From a virus (taxonomy: Duplodnaviria > Caudoviricetes): DNA of 58,050 bases. This document shows, piece by piece, positions 47,089 through 56,813 of this stretch (position 1 is its first letter; every line of letters starts with the position of its first letter). A program made the position numbers and the translations under genes. Where the stretch lies: IMG/VR virus record IMGVR_UViG_3300035670_000246, positions 1-58,050 of that record. The stretch is one strand, 5' to 3'. The notes beneath the pieces are model-generated. The model was not told the origin of the DNA, ran no database searches, and saw nothing but the letters and a program-made list of their open reading frames with translations.

Positions 47089-47594
47089 ACCCAGTCTTCG
47101 GTTTTTAGCGCCTTCATGAAAACGAGCCAGTGGGTTTTAGCGGTTTTCCCACAGCGTTGACCGATGAGCGGACGCTCAGGTGTCAGCGCAAGAATTTGTG
47201 ACACCGGCACGTCATGTTCGTTTCATTTGAAAATCAGCGTTCCTTCAGGCTTGAGCACTCGAAAGCACTCAGCGAATCCACGGCGGATCATCTCGCGCCA
47301 GTCGCCTTCGAGATTCCCGTATTTCTTCGCCAACCAACCTTTCTTACCAGCGCGAACAAGGTGCGGAGGATCGAACACCACCATTGCGAAGTGATCGGAC
47401 GGGAACGGAAGTTCTGTGAAGTCCGCCACAATATCAGGGTTGACTTCAAGCGTGCGGACGCCGCCCGGGCTGCCCACGTCTCGCAAAGCATGAGTCTCGC
47501 GGCGTTTGTCCACGAACACGGCGCGGCTGTCCTGCCTGTTGAACCAGAACATTCGAGAGCCACAACATACATCGAGCACGCGAGCGGCATTCAT
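47085..47594 (-). pseudogene. Methyltransferase interrupted by an in-frame TGA
   Basis: LDVCCGSRMFW, FDPPH; GTLIFK*NE at 47223-47225; frame continues THWLVFMK to TGA at 47085. Confidence 0.8.
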
Positions 47595-47875
47595 GGTTTT
47601 GAGGGTAGCCTGTCCACGAATTGCTTGCCACCTTCCACCGAGTCCGTCCATTCCGCGTGGCACCCTTGTTCTTTGAGCCTGCGCAGCGTGTCAGCCTGCA
47701 ATGGTGTCGGCTTGTTGCCCGGGCGTTTGAGTTCCAGGAATCCAACTTTACCACCGGGGGCGATGATGATGCGGTCAGGGACGCTGCGGTTGTTGGGCGA
47801 CGTGAACTTGAAGACGAGGCAACCTCGTTGCTTCGCGTAGTCGCACACTTTCTTTTCAATGTGTTTTTCGAGCAT
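47591..47875 (-). CDS. VRR-NUC nuclease
   Basis: EKHIE..KFTSP..VPDR..FLELKRPG..LQ. Confidence 0.9.
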   Translation of the reverse strand: MLEKHIEKKVCDYAKQRGCLVFKFTSPNNRSVPDRIIIAPGGKVGFLELKRPGNKPTPLQADTLRRLKEQGCHAEWTDSVEGGKQFVDRLPSKP

Positions 47876-47878
47876 AGG

Positions 47879-49975
47879 TTAGTCCTTCAAATAGTATGGC
47901 ACCACCCCGCCTTTCGCCTTCACGGGCATGCCGTCCGCCCACGCGGGCAGGGTGGTAAGGTGCCGGTTGAGTTCGTCGATCACTTGCCCGGGCTTGAGGT
48001 AGCCGAGCCACTCGTCGTGAACCAGCGTGGCGGTCTCGTAGCCTGCCTTCTCGGCGTTCAAGCAGCCGATGCACATCACGTCGGTGGCGATGGCCTGAAC
48101 TTGATTCTCGACGGCGGAGCCGGGGGTCAGTTCGACGCGGGTGGAACTGGCCTTCGATTTTGTGCTGGTCTTGTATCCTTCAAACGTCAACGCCGCTTCC
48201 TTGTACCATGCCTTCGGGTCCACCTTTTGAGCGTGGCTTATTTCGTCGTCGGTGGGTGAGAAGACCTTGAAGAACTTGCCCTTCTCGGACCACTGCAACA
48301 CCGGCTCGATCTTGCAGTGAGGGTAGGCGAGGTTACGCCCGCTCGGCAACTTGCAGAACAGAAACTGGATGCCCGCCACCTTCATGCTGAAGTAACACAC
48401 GTCGTGGCGCACGTTGAACTTCCCACCGGGGTTCCTCACAGCGGCCTCGGCCTGCCGGATGGACCGCCACCAGTAGTTCACGATGTTCGGGTTGGCGTCC
48501 CTCCACTTGGAAACGATGTCGGGAAGCTCGTCTTTCTTGAGGCCCATCTTCAAAGCCCCCATGACTTCGAGAGCGCCCGTGCCCCCCTGAAACTGCAATG
48601 CAAGCTCACTTATCTTCGCTTTTTGCCGGAGATGTTTGGTGACTTCCTCTAGTGGGACCTTGAACATTTCAGAGGCGCTGGACTCGTAAATCTTGCCGTG
48701 AGTGCGGAACACCTCAAGCCTCCATTCTTCCTCAGCCAAGTGAGACATGACCACGGCCTCGATTGCCGTGTAGTCGGAGTTGAGCATCGGACCCGCTGGA
48801 TCGTGGATGAAGTGCCGGATGCACGATCCCACGGCTTCGATGACCGGACCGTACATCAGTTCGATCTCATCACGTGACGCACGGGCGCAGATCAGGTCGT
48901 AGATGTCCTTGGTGTGGGCCTCCAGGTGCGCCGAGGGCTTCTTCATGTTCTGCGGCTGGACCAACCGGCCCGCAAAGCGTCCCGTGCGGACAGCGCCGTA
49001 GTACATCAGGGTGCCCCGCACGCGCCCGTCATCACAGACCGTGTCCAGGATCGACGGCAGCTTCGCCACAGAAGAGAACGACACCTGTTTCTTGAGCGTC
49101 AGGGCGCGGCCGGTCGGCGTGCTGTCGTCGAACGTCTCAGCCTGAAGCGCCTCATCCACCGTGGCGGCACGCATGTTTTTGATCGGTGCCCCGTTGGCGC
49201 GGAGCCACTCGATGAACTTGTCACGTTGCGTCGGGTTCAGCCCGGTGATCCGCGTGAACTCCTCGTTGATCGCCGCCGTGGCTTCCTGCACCAATTGGTC
49301 GGCGTAACGCACGGCCTCGACGTTCACAGGCAGGCCACGTGTGTTGATGGCGATCTCCATCTGGAACGTGTCCAAGGCAAAACCCTTCAACTCAAAAGCC
49401 CTCAAAGCCGAGTGAATTTCCTGCTCGACGCGGTCGTCCTGGCGACAGTACTCACAGAACTTCTTGAACTCGGCTCCGTTGTGTTTGGGTTCGTTGAATT
49501 TCCCACTCTTCTTGTCGGGAATGGACAACAGGTTGATCAGACGCCAGCCGCTGTTGTCCTTCTGCTGGCGCAGCCCGAGCGCGGCGGCACAGTCCTTCAG
49601 TGAAAAAGGCAGGCCTGCACGTCTCGCCATGGCTGCGGTGCAGCGCCAGCGGCGGTGGTCGATGCCCTTTCCGAACAGCTTCGACAGCACGTACATCGTG
49701 ACCGCGTGCTCGAACTGGGCGTTGTGGGCATAGACAGGCTCCTCGTTGTCCAGCATCTCGCGCATCAGCGCGTCGGCACCAGGGTCGCTCTTGACTGTCA
49801 CACCCCACTCATCGGTGAAGTGAAACTTGGGGTTCACCCAAAGCAGAGGCTGCCCGTTGTCCTTCGCCACGGCTGCGCAGAAAATCTCCGTCGAAGCGTC
49901 TGCGGCGTATCGAAAAGCCCCGACCGTCTTGATGTCGGCACGGGATCGGGTTTCGTAGTCCAGATGGTATGGCAT
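47879..49975 (-). CDS. Family A DNA polymerase
   Basis: Exo LDYET, AHNAQFE, YCRQD; RTGRF; motif A DYTAIE; motif B RQKAKISEL; motif C VHDE. Confidence 0.92.
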   Translation of the reverse strand: MPYHLDYETRSRADIKTVGAFRYAADASTEIFCAAVAKDNGQPLLWVNPKFHFTDEWGVTVKSDPGADALMREMLDNEEPVYAHNAQFEHAVTMYVLSKLFGKGIDHRRWRCTAAMARRAGLPFSLKDCAAALGLRQQKDNSGWRLINLLSIPDKKSGKFNEPKHNGAEFKKFCEYCRQDDRVEQEIHSALRAFELKGFALDTFQMEIAINTRGLPVNVEAVRYADQLVQEATAAINEEFTRITGLNPTQRDKFIEWLRANGAPIKNMRAATVDEALQAETFDDSTPTGRALTLKKQVSFSSVAKLPSILDTVCDDGRVRGTLMYYGAVRTGRFAGRLVQPQNMKKPSAHLEAHTKDIYDLICARASRDEIELMYGPVIEAVGSCIRHFIHDPAGPMLNSDYTAIEAVVMSHLAEEEWRLEVFRTHGKIYESSASEMFKVPLEEVTKHLRQKAKISELALQFQGGTGALEVMGALKMGLKKDELPDIVSKWRDANPNIVNYWWRSIRQAEAAVRNPGGKFNVRHDVCYFSMKVAGIQFLFCKLPSGRNLAYPHCKIEPVLQWSEKGKFFKVFSPTDDEISHAQKVDPKAWYKEAALTFEGYKTSTKSKASSTRVELTPGSAVENQVQAIATDVMCIGCLNAEKAGYETATLVHDEWLGYLKPGQVIDELNRHLTTLPAWADGMPVKAKGGVVPYYLKD

Positions 49976-50110
49976 GTTTATCGGGAGGTGGTGATAGCGG
50001 GTGGATTTGAACCACCACTGCACGCGGTATCCTTTCGGCTGGTTGTACAGGGAAACAGGCTCATGAGGCCTGCGCGTCTTTACATTTCGCCACGCTATCA
50101 TTTTGAGGGG

Positions 50111-50239
50111 TTGCCTGCCGCCGCAAGAGTGGTGCCGTTACTGCGTCACCGGGTCAGCCCCGTGCTCTCTTGCGCTTGTCGGTTGCGTTGGATTTATGGG
50201 CACCAACATCGCTTCGGCCAGCACAGGCACGGCAGGCAA
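50111..50239 (-). ncRNA. Candidate multi-stem structured element between SSB and PolA
   Basis: 10-bp closing stem TTGCCTGCCG/CGGCAGGCAA with nested CGCAAGAG/CTCTTGCG and GTTGG/CCAAC. Confidence 0.45.
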
Positions 50240-50245
50240 AGTTGT

Positions 50246-50890
50246 TCAGATGTCGTCGTTGGAAGGCGACAGGTCGTCCTCGTCACCGAGGCCAGCGAAC
50301 TCCTTGTCAGCGTCCACCGGACCGGCACCAAACGCCTCGCCGTCCTTGTCGAACATCACCGCTCGCAGCTCGGCGCAGACGCGTTTGCCGAAGTCGTTGT
50401 CCATCGGCCACAGGCGAACGGACGCGTTCACGTAACAGCCGCTGTACGGACTCTCGGAGGTGCCCGGGCCGACATCGACACGCTTGCGGTTGACCACCTT
50501 GGGCTTGCGGTCGGCCTTGGCGCTGGAACTGATGAACATCACGTCGGGGCCGTAGCCATCCTTGCCGTCGAGGTCCTCGCCGTCACGGAAACAGATGCCA
50601 CTGAGCACCACGGTGCCGCTGTCACCCTGTTGCAGAACTTCGTTGGTGCCTTTGACTTTGACGGTTTTGCCTTTCCACTTGTCCATCCCGGACACGACGC
50701 GCCGGATGGCCTGCTTGATGATCTTCACCTGCGGGTCGTCCTTGCGCAGGATGAAGTTGGCGGAGTAGGACTCCTTGCTGCTGCCGTCGTCACCTTTGTT
50801 GGTGCGCGGCTTGTAGATGCTTTCGTAGCTGAGGCGGACGCCTTTGAGCACGACGATGTTCTGGTCCTGCGGTTTCTTCTGGTCACTCAT
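50246..50890 (-). CDS. ssDNA-binding protein (DUF2815-like)
   Basis: VRLSY, FRDG, YSGCYVNA, DGEAFG; acidic tail. Confidence 0.85.
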   Translation of the reverse strand: MSDQKKPQDQNIVVLKGVRLSYESIYKPRTNKGDDGSSKESYSANFILRKDDPQVKIIKQAIRRVVSGMDKWKGKTVKVKGTNEVLQQGDSGTVVLSGICFRDGEDLDGKDGYGPDVMFISSSAKADRKPKVVNRKRVDVGPGTSESPYSGCYVNASVRLWPMDNDFGKRVCAELRAVMFDKDGEAFGAGPVDADKEFAGLGDEDDLSPSNDDI

Positions 50891-50954
50891 GGTGTTGTCT
50901 GGTTTCTCGGTTTCTCGGTTTCGACGCCCCGGGGTGGAGCGTTCGGAAAGTGTT

Positions 50955-52166
50955 TCACACAAACTCGTCGGTGTCAACCATATCATCGAAATCTTTCGAC
51001 GCGTCATCGACGTGCGCGGGACGTGGATCGTTCTCGGGCACCACGATGGGTGAGCCGGGTGGCTTGACCATGAGCTGGTTCATCTCGATGATCTTCGGAC
51101 CCTTCTTGCCTTTGGTCGCCTTCTCGGCCTGGGCTGGCGAGATGATGTCCACGGAGTGAATCTCATCCCACGAGAGGCCCAACCCGGTGAGCACCTTCTC
51201 AGCGGCGGACTCGTCCGTCCAGCGACGGTGCCCACCCTTGGACAGCACGACCTTGAGGCCCTTCATCGGTTTGCCGGACAGCGCCATGCCCTGCACGTGT
51301 TCACGGATCACCTTGATGAGTTCCTCAACCTTGTCGAGGGTCGGGTATAGCTCCGCCAGCCGGTCGTTGCTGAATGACGTGATCTCCGGCACCTCTGCCT
51401 GTTGCGTGAACGTGGGAACAATCTCGTCGAAGTCGCTCAGCATGGAGCGGTTGTACGCCTCGCACTTGGCCTGGGCACGGCAGAACTTGCAGATTTTCTC
51501 ACTGGCTTTGAACACCAGCGTCGGGGCCTCACCCAGAATGTCCTTGGCCGCCTGGGTCACGTAACGGTCGGTGAACTCGCGCAACTCTTTCCACGTGACG
51601 CTCCACGTCACTGTTTCGTTAGGCAGGCGAGGCTGGAAGATGGTCATGGTGACCTTGGTGTCGTCTCGTGCCTCCCAGAGGACCGGGTCAATGAGGCCGG
51701 ACTCAATCAGGCTGCGGGCATAGATCGCCATCTGGCGGTTCTCGGTGGACTCAACCTCACCGTAGCCGAACTTGTAGTCCACCAGATGCAGTCCGCGACG
51801 ATTGATGCACCAGAAATCCACGGTCCCTTTCTCAGTGGGCAGGTAGTAAAGAGGGATACGCGACTCGATGCCGACAGCAACAATCTGGCTCTTGTGCCCC
51901 ATGACCTCGGTGCAGAAGTCGTGGTAACCGCGTCCATGCTCCAGCATTTCCCGGGTGGCGTTTGCCGGGGGCCTTTCACCCTTGAGCATCGCCTCACAGA
52001 CGGAGTGGGCCAGGGTGCCTTCAATGGCAGCCTTGCCAACACGTTCGGGAGGAAGTTCTCCTGCGGCGTCGAGCTGGCGGATGTATCCGAGGGCGGCTGT
52101 GCATTCGGTCCAGGTGTGGGCTTTGGACGGCGAAAGACGTGAGTGGGCTGGGGCGGAATCGGTCAT
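50955..52166 (-). CDS. DUF2800 Cas4-like nuclease
   Basis: HSRLSPS..W..C, EGTLAH, GTVD, VDYKFG, QMAIYA, CKFC...C. Confidence 0.85.
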   Translation of the reverse strand: MTDSAPAHSRLSPSKAHTWTECTAALGYIRQLDAAGELPPERVGKAAIEGTLAHSVCEAMLKGERPPANATREMLEHGRGYHDFCTEVMGHKSQIVAVGIESRIPLYYLPTEKGTVDFWCINRRGLHLVDYKFGYGEVESTENRQMAIYARSLIESGLIDPVLWEARDDTKVTMTIFQPRLPNETVTWSVTWKELREFTDRYVTQAAKDILGEAPTLVFKASEKICKFCRAQAKCEAYNRSMLSDFDEIVPTFTQQAEVPEITSFSNDRLAELYPTLDKVEELIKVIREHVQGMALSGKPMKGLKVVLSKGGHRRWTDESAAEKVLTGLGLSWDEIHSVDIISPAQAEKATKGKKGPKIIEMNQLMVKPPGSPIVVPENDPRPAHVDDASKDFDDMVDTDEFV

Positions 52167-52180
52167 ACCTTAAAACCTCG

Positions 52181-52543
52181 TTATCCGAGTCCCAAGAGTC
52201 GGCGCTCGTAAGGGCTGAGTTTTTCCAACGCTGCTTGCCGGTCAGCCTTGGATTTTTGAGACTGCATTTCTGCCTCCAATCGTTTTGCGTCTGCCTCCTG
52301 GTGGTCCCGCCACCACATCTGCATTTCCAGACTGTACTTCGTCACGTCCTCGTTTTGAAGTTTTGCGCACAGCTCTGAAACAAGGGAGTCTCCGTCCAGT
52401 CCTTTGTTGTACACCGCAGGATGGTACCCCCGCCAGTGCTCTCTGTTTATGGGTTTTCCTCGGAGTTCGTCAAGAAGGCAAGCCACTTGTGAAAGGGCTA
52501 TTTCTTTTCCTGAAGCGTCCATGTAGTCTGAGTTGCAGGGCAT
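52181..52543 (-). CDS. Hypothetical protein
   Basis: MPC..., WWRDHQEAD, ALEKLSPYERRLLGL. Confidence 0.7.
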   Translation of the reverse strand: MPCNSDYMDASGKEIALSQVACLLDELRGKPINREHWRGYHPAVYNKGLDGDSLVSELCAKLQNEDVTKYSLEMQMWWRDHQEADAKRLEAEMQSQKSKADRQAALEKLSPYERRLLGLG

Positions 52544-52560
52544 ATCGTTAGTAGAGATGT

Positions 52561-52589
52561 GGCCCCACGGCATCGGCTGCCGTGGGGCC
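52561..52589. terminator. Perfect 12-bp hairpin
   Basis: GGCCCCACGGCA-TCGGC-TGCCGTGGGGCC. Confidence 0.6.
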
Positions 52590-52597
52590 GGGGTTGA

Positions 52598-53341
52598 TCA
52601 GATGTCGTCAGATTCCTTTTTGCGCGTGTCGGTCGCGCCGAGCTTCTGAAGACCTTTCAGGAGGGCCGGATAGTACTGAGGGTCACACTCAGCCGTGGAC
52701 GGGGCACTGCCGCATTTGTCCTTGAGGAACTTCTTGATACGCTCGCGCTTTTCCTGGGCGTCCGGCATGGACCGGATGGACTCCACGTGGGCCTTGATGT
52801 CCTCGAATGTGATGCCGTGATCTGCGGGAGAAGCAGGAGCGGCGGTAGCGGCGGGGGCAGCGGGGGTTTCTGGGGCAGCGGGGGACGCTGCGGGAGGCTC
52901 AGCGGAAGTTTCGTCAACCTCGGTGGTTGCTGGTTCCACGGCGGGTTCGCCCACCGGAGCAGAGGCCTTGGGTTTCTTTTTGGGCGCGGGCTCGGGGGTC
53001 TGCGCGGGTGCTGTCGGCACCGGGACGTTGCCAAGAGCCGTAGCGAGGCTGTTGATGGCGGCGACGATGGGGTCGATGAGTTCGGCACGAATGGCCTTGA
53101 GGAGTTCAGTCATGGTGTTGTTCGTTGTGTGTTTGTGGTTTTCTACTGGAGGCGTGATGTCTCCGTCGAAAGTGATGGGCAGCCCTTGTCGCACGCACCC
53201 ACGTGCGTGGTCAAGCAAGGGTTGCAGGTCAGGGTTCTGGCAGGCGAGATGTTCCAGCGAATCTCGTTCCCGCTCATCGTGCAAGGTGGTGCCGTGCCAG
53301 TTGTGGCGTTGGAGCCAGTATTTGTAGCGATCAGCGGTCAT
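52598..53341 (-). CDS. Hypothetical Pro/Ala-rich replication-module protein (likely internal start at 53113)
   Basis: ATGA-coupled to the primase; second plausible ATG after AACAACACC. Confidence 0.6.
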   Translation of the reverse strand: MTADRYKYWLQRHNWHGTTLHDERERDSLEHLACQNPDLQPLLDHARGCVRQGLPITFDGDITPPVENHKHTTNNTMTELLKAIRAELIDPIVAAINSLATALGNVPVPTAPAQTPEPAPKKKPKASAPVGEPAVEPATTEVDETSAEPPAASPAAPETPAAPAATAAPASPADHGITFEDIKAHVESIRSMPDAQEKRERIKKFLKDKCGSAPSTAECDPQYYPALLKGLQKLGATDTRKKESDDI

Positions 53342-55968
53342 ACCCATTCCTCCTCACCAAGGCTCGCACGTTGTCGCAGAACGTCAAGTGGTTTGTCAGT
53401 TTTTAGTAGGTCTTTGCGCACCCATACCTGTTGGCGTGCCCCGGCGATGACGGGTCTGCCTTCGAGCCTGGAGAACCCCGCGTCGTGCAGCACGGTGGAG
53501 AGGTACTGCGGGTTGACGTGCTGCATGCCCTCCATCTGCAACTGTGTCACCAGCGGGCCTGCGCACAAGATGTCCTGACGCACCAGCGGGTTGTCGCCGT
53601 CCTCCCAGATCATGCGCAGGAAGCTCATCAGCTCGTTGCTGGTGTCCTCGACCATCTCGTGCAGATACTTGGTGACCGGGGCCTGCCCGTTGCTGCTGAA
53701 CGCATCGGAGATCGTGCGGTTCTCCAGGTAGTGGCGCAGGCCTCCTTGCAGACAGTCGAACATGTACACCAGATTGGTGAAGTAGTCGGGGTTGCGGCGG
53801 GTGAGTTCCTCGACCTGCGCCTTTTTCTGCAACGCGCTCTTGAGCACGAAGTAGCGGCGGCTCTCCTCGGTGACCGCGAGGGCGTCATGGTAGTTGGAAA
53901 ACACCATGTAGTTGGTCACGTTGCGACGGGTGACCGTGGCCTTGTTACGTTCGTTGATGGCGATGTAGTCGTTCGAGATGGGCTCCTTGAGGATGTTCAT
54001 CAGGTCGTGCCTGTTGGTGCCTGCCACGCGGATTTCCTCGATGGCGATGAACTGGCTGCCTACAGCCCACTCTGTCCACCCTTTCTTGATCGTCGAGTTG
54101 TTGATGATGCGGGCGTTGTCGTTGCCCAGCACGGCACGCATGACTTGCGCGAGAATGGTCTTGCCGCAACCTTCAGCTCCTTGCAGAAACAAAGCCCACC
54201 TGATCTTGAGGCCCGGGTGCTGCACGTTGAACGCCATCCAGTCGAGCACGACCCGGCGATACTCTGGTTCTGCGATCAGGTTGCACAGGTGGTCGAGCAG
54301 CGTGTCCTCCGCCTGCGCGGCCTGATCCTTGTCTGCGGTCTTGTAGCTGCGGCGGTAAGTGTTGACGAAGATGCGCCGGTCACGTTCGTACACAATCTCC
54401 TCCGGCTCGGAGGGGTCGTAGTCATAGTCGTCCACCGTGGGGCATTTCAGGTGGTTGAGCACAAACTTCGACGGCAGGAAGATCGGCGTGTTCAGCGTGG
54501 CCTGATTGACCTCCTTGTCCGCCTTCATGAGATCCTCGGCAGTCGGCAGAAGTTCGCGGCTGTACACGTTGTCAAACTCCGGGATGCCGTAGAACTGCCG
54601 CGTGGCCTGCCGGAAGAACCGGTTGTCAGCCACCACGTAAACCAGACCCCGCCCCCACTTCGGAGTGACCACGTCGATGTCCTTGCTCTTCTGCTGGTTG
54701 ATGAACTCGCGGTGGCGCTTCAAGTCCTTGCGCAAGGCCTGGATCGTCGGTTTCGATCCGAAGCGTTCACGTGAGGCCTGCATCAATGTTTGCAGCAGCG
54801 AGTCCTCCTCGGCGTGGTTGAGCAACGGGGCGGCGGCGGCGATGCGCTTGACCCCTTCCCCGATGAGCTGGGTGTAGGTCGAGCACTCAAACATCATCCA
54901 CTTGCTGACCGTCTGATAGCTCTCCTCCTTGATCTTGCTGCCGTCCCAGCCGTGCTCGTTGGCACGTTTGAGCAAGGTGCGGATAGTGACCGGGGCGCGG
55001 CCCTTCGGCTGGTCGGTGATCGACTTCCACTTGGCCGCCGTGTCCGCCTTGCCGATGTATTTTGCCCCGGTCGCGGACCACTTGTCAAAGAGCTGGTAAG
55101 CCTCGAACTCCTGGTCCTCGAACTGATGCCTCAGCGCCATTGCCACGTCGAGCCACTCGGCATAGGAGCAATCCGAAGAAAGCACGTCAATCGCCTCCTC
55201 CGCAATCTCCAGCGTGATGCCCGGGATGGGGGACTGGTAGAAACGCAGGAAGTCCTCGACCGAGTCGCCTGCGCCCCGGGGGCGCGTGGCGTCCTTGCGG
55301 GTGCCGCTGACCATGCCCGGCAGCGTGTCGAGGTCCTTGGCGATGTCGTCCTCAGTGAAGGCACACCCTTCTGTGAGCGAGGTGACCAGCATGGGGTGGT
55401 CAAGGTCCGGGTCCTGCCCCGCGAACATCGTGGGACGGAACATCGGCTGCACTGCCACCACCGACTCACGGGTGACGTGTGTCAGCCCGAGCTTCTGCGC
55501 CAGCGTGAGCACCGCATCCGGGTATTTTTCCACCGGGATGGCGTCAGCCTCCACCATGACCCGCAGACGCGGCTTCTCAGGCCGGTGGCTGGCGGTTGTC
55601 CAGACGGCAAAGTTGAACCGCCCCAGACGGTCCCGCAAAACGGAGGGGTCAGCGACGAAGGGAGCCGCAGGACAGGTGCCGTCCGGCAGCTCGTCGATGT
55701 CGAGGAAGAGCAGGTTGCACTCCCCGGCATGCTCCAGCTTTCGACCTTCGGTCCACGGTGACTCCGGGAAGGTGGCAGCCACCACGTAGCTTACCCGCTT
55801 GGCCTCGTCACGTTCGCGTTTGGTCTCCAACGCCCAGAACTCGTCATACGTGATCGACAAAGGCACCGGCATGTCCATGACCTGCTTGACCAGCGCCACG
55901 AAGGTGCGGGCGTCGGCTAGCTTGAGGGTCCTGGACTCGACAGACTGACCGGTGAAGTAGCGGGGCAT
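53338..55968 (-). CDS. Primase-helicase (AEP-like, PriCT-2-like, P-loop)
   Basis: LDID, TTASH..PRLR; YAEWLDVAMAL..FDKWS; GAEGCGKT, IEEI, FSN. Confidence 0.88.
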   Translation of the reverse strand: MPRYFTGQSVESRTLKLADARTFVALVKQVMDMPVPLSITYDEFWALETKRERDEAKRVSYVVAATFPESPWTEGRKLEHAGECNLLFLDIDELPDGTCPAAPFVADPSVLRDRLGRFNFAVWTTASHRPEKPRLRVMVEADAIPVEKYPDAVLTLAQKLGLTHVTRESVVAVQPMFRPTMFAGQDPDLDHPMLVTSLTEGCAFTEDDIAKDLDTLPGMVSGTRKDATRPRGAGDSVEDFLRFYQSPIPGITLEIAEEAIDVLSSDCSYAEWLDVAMALRHQFEDQEFEAYQLFDKWSATGAKYIGKADTAAKWKSITDQPKGRAPVTIRTLLKRANEHGWDGSKIKEESYQTVSKWMMFECSTYTQLIGEGVKRIAAAAPLLNHAEEDSLLQTLMQASRERFGSKPTIQALRKDLKRHREFINQQKSKDIDVVTPKWGRGLVYVVADNRFFRQATRQFYGIPEFDNVYSRELLPTAEDLMKADKEVNQATLNTPIFLPSKFVLNHLKCPTVDDYDYDPSEPEEIVYERDRRIFVNTYRRSYKTADKDQAAQAEDTLLDHLCNLIAEPEYRRVVLDWMAFNVQHPGLKIRWALFLQGAEGCGKTILAQVMRAVLGNDNARIINNSTIKKGWTEWAVGSQFIAIEEIRVAGTNRHDLMNILKEPISNDYIAINERNKATVTRRNVTNYMVFSNYHDALAVTEESRRYFVLKSALQKKAQVEELTRRNPDYFTNLVYMFDCLQGGLRHYLENRTISDAFSSNGQAPVTKYLHEMVEDTSNELMSFLRMIWEDGDNPLVRQDILCAGPLVTQLQMEGMQHVNPQYLSTVLHDAGFSRLEGRPVIAGARQQVWVRKDLLKTDKPLDVLRQRASLGEEEWV

Positions 55969-55974
55969 AAAAAG

Positions 55975-56166
55975 TCAGAGGAGCTCAGTGAGTTTGATTT
56001 TCAGCGCGTCCGCCAGTTTGCGCAGCGTCTGGACGCACGGGTTGGTCTGCGACCCCGTTTCGATCATGGAGATGGTCCCGACTGACACGCCCGCACGGAC
56101 GCTCAGCTCAGGGATGGTGAGACCTGCGTCCGTGCGGGCCTTCAGGAGTCTGGCACCTGTGGTCAC
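55975..56166 (-). CDS. XRE/Cro-like HTH regulator
   Basis: GLTIPELSVRAGVSVGTISMIETG..NP..TLRKLADAL. Confidence 0.85.
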   Translation of the reverse strand: MTTGARLLKARTDAGLTIPELSVRAGVSVGTISMIETGSQTNPCVQTLRKLADALKIKLTELL

Positions 56167-56324
56167 GGCCTCGTCTTGCGGTGTTGCTCGGCTGCGAGGT
56201 CGTAGCCCTGTTTGTAGCCTCGGCGGTAGGCCCGTGCCTTCTCCTCAAGCTCGTAGCGCCGGTAGGCCGAGTACAAGATGAGGGCGATGCCTAGGCCGCA
56301 GATGAATCCGATGGTGAAGTCCAT
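56163..56324 (-). CDS. Small membrane protein (53 aa, not in ORF track)
   Basis: MDFTIGFICGLGIALILYS..AYRRGYKQG; stop overlaps the HTH gene start. Confidence 0.6.
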   Translation of the reverse strand: MDFTIGFICGLGIALILYSAYRRYELEEKARAYRRGYKQGYDLAAEQHRKTRP

Positions 56325-56377
56325 GTTGGTTTTTCAGTATATTGAAAGGACGGGCAAAAGGTCAAAGGTTGTTTTCA

Positions 56378-56755
56378 TCAAACGAAATCCTCTTCGACTT
56401 CCGGCTCTTGAACTGCTGGCGGCTGCGACGGCACGGCCCCCGGCTGGCGGTTATGAAACGAGAACGCCACGTAGCCGTGATCCGTGACCCACTCGCACAG
56501 CGCGACCGAGTAGGCTGCGGTCAGCGTGCCAATCGCCTTCAGCGCCACGGTGTAGGGGATGGTGCAAATGAAGACGTACTCCAGGTCGTCCGGATTGCCG
56601 AAGTTGCGCAGGGTGAGCTGCGGCAGCAAGGCGTGAACTTTTTCCGCGTCGCCCAGGAACGCCGTGAGGCCGTCGCCCTCCGTCAGGAGGCAGATGTCGG
56701 CTCTTGGGCAGCAGGACCGCAGGGAGGCGTGTTTGCGTTGGATAAGGGATGTCAT
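56378..56755 (-). CDS. Hypothetical protein
   Basis: 125-aa ORF. Confidence 0.55.
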   Translation of the reverse strand: MTSLIQRKHASLRSCCPRADICLLTEGDGLTAFLGDAEKVHALLPQLTLRNFGNPDDLEYVFICTIPYTVALKAIGTLTAAYSVALCEWVTDHGYVAFSFHNRQPGAVPSQPPAVQEPEVEEDFV

Positions 56756-56790
56756 TGGTTTTAGAAAAGCAAGTTGCTATGCTAACCGCT

Positions 56791-56807
56791 GGTCAGCAGA
56801 ATCGGAG
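56791..56807 (+). other. attI/attG-like cassette target half-site
   Basis: GGTCAGCAGAATCGGAG|TT, similar to 10310-10326. Confidence 0.55.
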
Positions 56808-56813
56808 TTCGGG

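Noticed and set aside
47223-47225. Genome-wide UGA recoding
   Set aside because: TGA is the functional stop in many ATGA-coupled genes; only one interrupted gene was seen
49976-50101. N-terminal extension of PolA
   Set aside because: The exonuclease motif begins right after ATG 49975; the extension has no support
50111-50239. tRNA gene
   Set aside because: Too long, with no T-loop or D-loop consensus
50955-52166. Cas4-like gene as part of a CRISPR system
   Set aside because: It sits in the usual DUF2800-DUF2815-PolA phage replication module
52561-52589. Hairpin as another attC
   Set aside because: Perfect short stem without AAC/GTT cores or bulges; more like a terminator or processing hairpin
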